From Pontimonas sp. (GTDB lineage Bacteria; Actinomycetota; Actinomycetes; Actinomycetales; Microbacteriaceae): 44,898 bases of DNA. Positions 39,757-44,898 of the stretch are shown in pieces. The stretch's first letter is position 1; each line of letters begins with the position of its first letter. The notes under the pieces were generated by a model, which searched no databases, was not told where the DNA came from, and worked only from the letters and a program-made list of their open reading frames with translations. A program made the position numbers and the translations under genes. The stretch spans positions 1-44,898 of the forward strand of contig CBFHWA010000001.1 of the NCBI GenBank assembly GCA_965659525.1, in the 5' to 3' direction.

Positions 39757-40725
39757 ATGCATGCAATCCAGGTATCCCACACCGGCGGCCCCGATGTTCT
39801 CGACTATGTCGCCATCGACACCCCAGAGCCGGGGCCAGGTGAAGTGCTGGTCAAGGTCGCTGCTGCCGGAGTGAACTACATCGACACCTACCACCGGGAG
39901 GGCATGTATCCGCTGCCACTTCCCTTCACCCCCGGACAAGAAGGTGCTGGTTCCATCACCGCGCTGGGCGAGGGTGTGACCGAGTGGGCCATTGGTGATC
40001 GGGTGTGTTGGGCGATGATCGGCGGAGGCTACGCCGAATACGTCAGTCTTCCCGCCGACCGGATTGTTTCCATACCCGACGCCGTCAGTGATGACACGGC
40101 TGCTGCCGCCATGCTTCAGGGGCTCACCGCGCACTACCTGGTCACGAGTGTTTTTTCTATTCAACCCGGTTCGACCGCTGTTGTTCACGCCGCTGCAGGC
40201 GGAGTGGGACTGCTCCTGACACAAATGGTGGTTGCTCGGGGCGGAAGCGTTATTGGCACGACATCAAGTGACGAAAAGGTGGGCAAAGCACGCGCGGCCG
40301 GAGCAGACCACGTGATCCGTTACGACACAGAACCGTGGGTGGAAAGGGTCAAAGACATCACCGGTGATCACGGTGTCGATGTGGTCTATGACGGCGTGGG
40401 GCGCGACACCTTTGAGGGGGGTTTGTCTGTCCTCCGGCCCCGAGGGGTCCTCGCTCTCTACGGCGCTGCCAGTGGTCCCGTTCCCGCTTTTGACCTCCAG
40501 CGACTGGGCGCGCTGGGCTCGCTCGTAGTTACTCGACCGAGCCTCGCGCATTTCATGGCCACGCCGGAGGAGAGACGCTGGCGCAGCAGTGAACTTTTCG
40601 ACGCCATTGTCGCTGGTGACCTGAATGTGACCGTGGCGGCAACATTTGCTCTGGGCGATGCCGCAGATGCTCACCGCGCCATTGAGTCGCGAGCGTACTC
40701 GGGCAAGATTTTGCTCCGTCCCTAG
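39757..40725 (+). CDS. qor: NADPH:quinone oxidoreductase (zeta-crystallin/MDR family)
   Basis: 'GVNYIDTY', 'HAAAGGVG', 'VVYDGVG' and 'GKILL'. Confidence 0.93.
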   Translation: MHAIQVSHTGGPDVLDYVAIDTPEPGPGEVLVKVAAAGVNYIDTYHREGMYPLPLPFTPGQEGAGSITALGEGVTEWAIGDRVCWAMIGGGYAEYVSLPADRIVSIPDAVSDDTAAAAMLQGLTAHYLVTSVFSIQPGSTAVVHAAAGGVGLLLTQMVVARGGSVIGTTSSDEKVGKARAAGADHVIRYDTEPWVERVKDITGDHGVDVVYDGVGRDTFEGGLSVLRPRGVLALYGAASGPVPAFDLQRLGALGSLVVTRPSLAHFMATPEERRWRSSELFDAIVAGDLNVTVAATFALGDAADAHRAIESRAYSGKILLRP

Positions 40726-40768
40726 GCTCACGGCCCACTCTTTTCTTCGCAGATAGGCTAAATGCGTC

Positions 40769-42274
40769 ATGAACACGCTTCGTCAGTGGCGCGAGCGCCT
40801 CGTCGACCAGGTCCTGGTGACTCGGCACCGGCTACACGCCGTACTACGAGGCCACCGGGCCGTCCAGGTCATCTTCACCGGCAGTGACCTGCCCGGGCTG
40901 CACTACTTGGTTGATGAAATTCGTCGACTCGCGCCTACCCTTCGCCTCAGCCACGACCCCGTTTCAGCAACCCAGAGCGCTCATGAGCTCGCAGGCCTTT
41001 TGTGGTCCTGGCACCCCGACGACAGTATTCACCACGACGACATCATCAACGGCATTGGCCGCTACCGCGACATCATCGTCGTCGCTGCCACCGCAGATCC
41101 TCGGGAAAGTGTCTGCACACGTGACCCGCGGATACCTCAGCAGTTTGTTGACGCTAGCGACTACCGCATTCGCTTTGGGCCCTCCGGCAAAAGAAGCTTC
41201 ACCGGCCCGGGAGTCCTTCCCCGGCTTGACGGGCTTCACTCCTGGGCGGCTGACTCTCGTGTCAGCGTCCTCACCATCGCCCGTGAGCAACTCCACACCG
41301 CTCCGGGGGAGATATTTCGCCAGCTTCACGACGTACTGGGAAAGCGCGCCGGCAGCAGCAGCGAGGTTCTCGATCGCCTGGCCGAAAACGCCATAGCGAT
41401 GCCCTCCCCGACGGGCTGGGCTGGCACAACCGACACCCGCCACCGCGTCGCCCAGCAGATTGAACTGGCCCCCGAGCTCGAGCGCCACGCCATCGACATG
41501 GGCTACCCGGCAGCCGATGATCTCCTCGGGCCCACGCACTCCAACGCGCCGACACCTCGAGGAACAGTGATTGCCTTCCACACCCCAGATGAGGTGTACC
41601 GCGCGGAAGCAGCCAGGCTCAAAGCCAGCCTCGACGCGTTGGGACTGGAACACCATTTTTTTGAAGTACAGCCCGAAGGTAACTGGGTTCGCACCACGCT
41701 GTTAAAACCCAGCTGGATCATACGAGCGCGCGAGGAGCTTTCTGGCCCGCTTCTCTACATCGATGTCGACGCTGTAGTCCACGCCGACCCCTGGCCGTAT
41801 CTGCAGCAGTATGACGGCGATATGGCAGCCGTTGTCTACGACAACGGTCAACTCAATAGCGCAACCCTCTGGATTAACGACACCCCGGGGGCGCGGGAGG
41901 TTCTTAGCGCCTGGAAGGCCGCGGCCGACGCCCGCCGGGCCGACGACCACGGGGAACTGGAGGCCACGGGAGACAACGGCGACCAGGGTGTGCTCAAGAT
42001 TGCCGTGGTGAATGAGGAAGCCAGCAACCAGCCCCGGTTCTACTTCCAACGCCTACCGGTCAACCTCGCATCGATTTTTGACCGGACAGATGCGACCTAC
42101 ATCGTCGGTGACGTGTTCATTGAACAGCTACAAGTCAGCAGAGAATCTCAGGGCCATGAGAAACGTTTAGCTCGCCGCAGGCAGCGATTGCGCGAGCTAG
42201 AAGCTCGGGGAAATTCAACCCAACCAGCGTCGCCTTCCGCGCCGGGTGTCGCCTCGAGAAAGCCCGCTAACTAG
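40769..42274 (+). CDS. Two-domain protein: degenerate sulfotransferase-like N-domain plus nucleotide-diphospho-sugar transferase-like C-domain
   Basis: N-domain: 'ADPRESV' and 'REQLHTAPGEIFRQL..VLG'. C-domain: 'AFHT..Y..EA.RL..SL', 'KPSWI', DxD 'YIDVDA', 'NSATLW' and 'DQGVL'. Confidence 0.6.
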   Translation: MNTLRQWRERLVDQVLVTRHRLHAVLRGHRAVQVIFTGSDLPGLHYLVDEIRRLAPTLRLSHDPVSATQSAHELAGLLWSWHPDDSIHHDDIINGIGRYRDIIVVAATADPRESVCTRDPRIPQQFVDASDYRIRFGPSGKRSFTGPGVLPRLDGLHSWAADSRVSVLTIAREQLHTAPGEIFRQLHDVLGKRAGSSSEVLDRLAENAIAMPSPTGWAGTTDTRHRVAQQIELAPELERHAIDMGYPAADDLLGPTHSNAPTPRGTVIAFHTPDEVYRAEAARLKASLDALGLEHHFFEVQPEGNWVRTTLLKPSWIIRAREELSGPLLYIDVDAVVHADPWPYLQQYDGDMAAVVYDNGQLNSATLWINDTPGAREVLSAWKAAADARRADDHGELEATGDNGDQGVLKIAVVNEEASNQPRFYFQRLPVNLASIFDRTDATYIVGDVFIEQLQVSRESQGHEKRLARRRQRLRELEARGNSTQPASPSAPGVASRKPAN

Positions 42275-42666
42275 TCATTAGCCTCGCCTACTTTTTCCCA
42301 CATTTTTGCAACCACCCACCACTGGCCGTCGAGGTAGGACAGGTTTAAGTAGTCCTGCATCACGCCACCAAACATCTCCAACTGCATCTTTAACAGGGCG
42401 AGTGTGGGCGAAATCTGGTCAAAGCCCAGAACGTTGTCGCGGCGTGGGTTGTGTAACTGGGCTGGTGATTGCCGGTCGATCACTGCCTGACGATAAACCG
42501 CGAACGGACGGATACTCAGCTCGCCATCGACGACGCCATAGAGAACCGATGAGGGGTGAAAAACCCGGTCGAAGACCTCCATATCCTGGTGGTGCATGAG
42601 GTCGAAATAGTCTCGGGCGAGGACCTGGATCTCGCCGGGGAGGTCGTCAATCGTGAGAGGCGTCAT
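42271..42666 (-). CDS. NTF2-like (putative lumazine-binding) protein
   Basis: 'YFD..H..D...F..VFHP', 'DYLNLSYLDGQWWVVAK'; ATG 42666 has TAGCCT 7 nt upstream. Confidence 0.85.
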   Translation of the reverse strand: MTPLTIDDLPGEIQVLARDYFDLMHHQDMEVFDRVFHPSSVLYGVVDGELSIRPFAVYRQAVIDRQSPAQLHNPRRDNVLGFDQISPTLALLKMQLEMFGGVMQDYLNLSYLDGQWWVVAKMWEKVGEAND

Positions 42667-42799
42667 GCGAAGAAGGCTAGGCCCTGGCAATCCCGACCGC
42701 CGTTTCCATACGGCTTTCCGCACATCACACCCCAGGCGCTCTTGGGCCTCGACTGCTGATGTTCTGGTGCCTGTCACTCCGGCGTGGTTGACTGCCAGT

Positions 42800-43603
42800 A
42801 TGACCCAGCACCGTTTTCTTCGAATTATCGCGGCCATTGCCTACGTGTTCATGATTGTGATGAACACACTGGCGACAACCCTGCCCCTCAACGGCATTCC
42901 CACGGGCGATATTTCCGACAAATACGACACGCTTTTTGCCCCGATTGGATTTACCTTCTCCATTTGGGGCGTGATTTACCTGCTTTTGGGTATCTACACC
43001 GTCGGCCAGCTTGTGCGCACCAACAGCGTGATTGAGAAAATCACCCCCTGGTTTATCGCCAGCAGTTTGCTCAATGCCTCGTGGATTGTGATCTGGCACT
43101 TCGAAATACTCTGGCTTGCACTGCTGATCATTATTGGGCTGCTCTTTACCCTCATTCGCATAAACACGGTCACGACCTCCGCCCGGGTGGACTGGCTCAA
43201 CACCCTTGCTGTTCGGCTGCCGTTTGCCGTCTACTTCGGCTGGGTCACCGTGGCGACAGTCGCCAACGTCTCCGCAATGTTGGTCCAGTGGGGTTGGCAA
43301 GGCGAAGGGTTCTGGGGCCCGACCGGCTGGACTGTTGCGGTATTGATTGTGGCAGCGGCAATTGGGACCACTGTTGCATTGGCCAATGCTTCCCCCGCCT
43401 ACGCCCTGGTGTTGGTCTGGGCCTACTGGGGAATCTTGGCGCGCCACCTCTCAGCCGAAGAGTGGGACCAGGCCTATCCCGGGGTGATCATCTCGCTGCA
43501 GGTTCTCCTGCCCCTACTAGGCGTTGTCGTCATCGTGGCGCTGGTGGGGTGGTTGCGAAGACCGGTGGTCCCCCTGCCGACAAGCAACCTCTGGGCGCGC
43601 TAG
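42800..43603 (+). CDS. TspO/MBR-like tryptophan-rich membrane protein
   Basis: 'LFAPIGFTFSIWGVIY', 'LNASWIVIWH', 'YFGWVTVATVAN' and 'WAYWGI'. Confidence 0.82.
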   Translation: MTQHRFLRIIAAIAYVFMIVMNTLATTLPLNGIPTGDISDKYDTLFAPIGFTFSIWGVIYLLLGIYTVGQLVRTNSVIEKITPWFIASSLLNASWIVIWHFEILWLALLIIIGLLFTLIRINTVTTSARVDWLNTLAVRLPFAVYFGWVTVATVANVSAMLVQWGWQGEGFWGPTGWTVAVLIVAAAIGTTVALANASPAYALVLVWAYWGILARHLSAEEWDQAYPGVIISLQVLLPLLGVVVIVALVGWLRRPVVPLPTSNLWAR

Positions 43604-43830
43604 GCGAGCGAAGGGAGAATGTAGAGGCTAGGTAGCTCCTTGCGATTTACCCTGTTTGAAAGCCATTCTCTTCACACTGTGCCTGAGGGTGATAACTAAA
43701 TAGAGGCTGCGTGCCTTCACAAAAGGCCTCAATCTTTACCCCGCCCACCGTAAGCTCGTTCACCCAGTTGTGGAGCAAAAAGCTCATCTTTGCCGCTTGG
43801 ATCGGCCACTAGGGGATCAGCACAAGCTCA

Positions 43831-44478
43831 CTAGCTTGGGTGGGAGGCGACGATGGATTGAACCCGTGAGAGGGAGACCGCCCAGGCGCGGACACCGGTG
43901 TTAATCCAGTCGAGCAGCCGGTAGATAGTCACTATGTCGGCAGCCAGGTCGCGGCTGTGAATGCTCTCATGGTGGGCGATTCTGTTCCTGACCGTGTGCA
44001 TCTCGTCCAGCGCTCGGTAAACAACGGCGCGTCTCTGGGGCTGGAGATTCGGAAAGGCGAGCCGAAGGTAACCGGTCCAAAGAGTTGCTTCGTAGCGTTT
44101 GGCGAGCAGGAACTTCCAGAACCCGAAGTTCAGCTCCGCGACCACCCGACCCGGCGTCTCAGGGCGCCGCAGTTTTCGGACCCGACGCCTTGCGGCGATG
44201 TCATCGCGAGCTGGGGCGGACAGCACGCCGAGAGGGTCGTCGAACCACTGCCCGGCAACGGTGCCATGATGCGCCGCAAGTTGTGTGCTTAGGGCATTGC
44301 GAAGGACGACTTCAAGGATGCCGAGTGCTTCGTACAAGGCGCCGGAGACGGCTAGGTTCCACTCGTACAAGCGCACTGCCGCGTGGAGGTCGTCACCCGT
44401 CGCGCGCAGGTAGGGCGCGAATCGTTCTGGGGACAGCGCGTCAGCGATCCGTGCGGCATCTGGTTCATCGACCGCCAT
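43831..44478 (-). CDS. Abi family (Abi_2 / AbiD-AbiF-like) HEPN-domain protein
   Basis: 'LSPERFAPY', 'LYEWN', 'EVVLRNA', 'VAELNFGFW' and the HEPN RxxxxH motif 'RNRIAHHE'. ATG 44478 follows a strong GGAGGTG SD. Confidence 0.88.
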   Translation of the reverse strand: MAVDEPDAARIADALSPERFAPYLRATGDDLHAAVRLYEWNLAVSGALYEALGILEVVLRNALSTQLAAHHGTVAGQWFDDPLGVLSAPARDDIAARRRVRKLRRPETPGRVVAELNFGFWKFLLAKRYEATLWTGYLRLAFPNLQPQRRAVVYRALDEMHTVRNRIAHHESIHSRDLAADIVTIYRLLDWINTGVRAWAVSLSRVQSIVASHPS

Positions 44479-44500
44479 GTCACCTCCCCGTGATAATCTT

Positions 44501-44554
44501 GGGGTCGAAGACCCCGGAAGGCCTCTGCGAGAGCATGTCTCCGGGGTTATTGCT
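44501..44554 (-). ncRNA. Candidate abiF-like structured RNA leader/antitoxin upstream of the Abi gene
   Basis: Minus strand ACCCCGGA-GACAUG-CUCU-CGC-AGAG-GCCU-UCCGGGGU: an 8-bp outer stem with internal loop and apical hairpin. An overlapping alternative hairpin GGGGUC-UUC-GACCCC is also possible, and TAAGTT -10 lies at 44561-44566. Confidence 0.55.
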
Positions 44555-44898
44555 TGCTGCAACTTACGCACGACGTCTGACACTGGTGAGTTGCGTGAAG
44601 GCGGGAGGTGTGCCCGGACTCCTAGTCAGGTCCCGACCTGTGTTTCCGCTCTTCTCATGTCCTCAATCTTCCAACGGCACACTTCAGCGATTCCTGCTCC
44701 AATGACGAGAATCGGTGCCTCACACCCCAAGCCCTTCAGATATTTGGGGACGTCACGGACTATGAGGAACTATGTCCAACGGTTGCCAAACGCCTCGACA
44801 GGCTCGTCAACACGGTTGCACGAAGTCAGGAGGTAGACCGCGAACGCGCCACACCCTGAGATGTCTTCTGCGTCTGATGGAAAACTTGGGTGGAGCCT

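Noticed and set aside
42690-42750. Short hairpins (GCCGT-ttccat-ACGGC; CCCAGG-cgct-CTTGGG) in the NTF2/TspO divergent spacer
   Set aside because: 5-6 bp GC stems are expected by chance; there is no U-tract or recognisable motif.
35340-44898. Integrative element inserted at tRNA-Gly
   Set aside because: No integrase and no duplicate of the tRNA 3' end seen in the window; the downstream genes look mostly chromosomal.
1-44898. CRISPR array, IS/transposase, rRNA
   Set aside because: No regularly spaced repeats, cas genes, transposase motifs or rRNA-like sequence were seen. The only tandem repeat is the coding PE repeat.

Overview
High-GC actinobacterial chromosome segment. Gene content and compactness suggest a streamlined Microbacteriaceae genome, possibly Pontimonas-like (inference). 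Most of the window is core genes: a purine/pyrimidine cluster (purM, purF, purD, purC, purS, purQ, purL, purA, pyrE, dcd), paired Fluc/CrcB fluoride channels, and a dnaK-grpE-dnaJ-hspR-clpB-nitroreductase heat-shock operon with two HAIR operators. It also has a C50 carotenoid cluster (crtB-crtI-crtYe-crtYf-crtEb plus divergent idi, no crtE), tRNA-Gly(CCC), a Pif1-like helicase, a CopD/CtaG fusion and a TspO-like protein. Accessory insertions include a 557-aa PE-repeat surface protein and two orphan glycosyltransferase-like genes. At least 14 genes have a TANNNT -10 box 6-7 nt before the start codon, indicating leaderless mRNAs. The most notable feature is at the right edge: an Abi_2/AbiF-like HEPN RNase gene (43831-44478, minus strand) directly preceded by a compact structured RNA element with an alternative fold and a possible antisense promoter. 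This is a candidate protein-toxin/RNA-antitoxin (AbiF/AbiFr-like) anti-phage module. All calls come from motif recognition by eye; no database searches were run.
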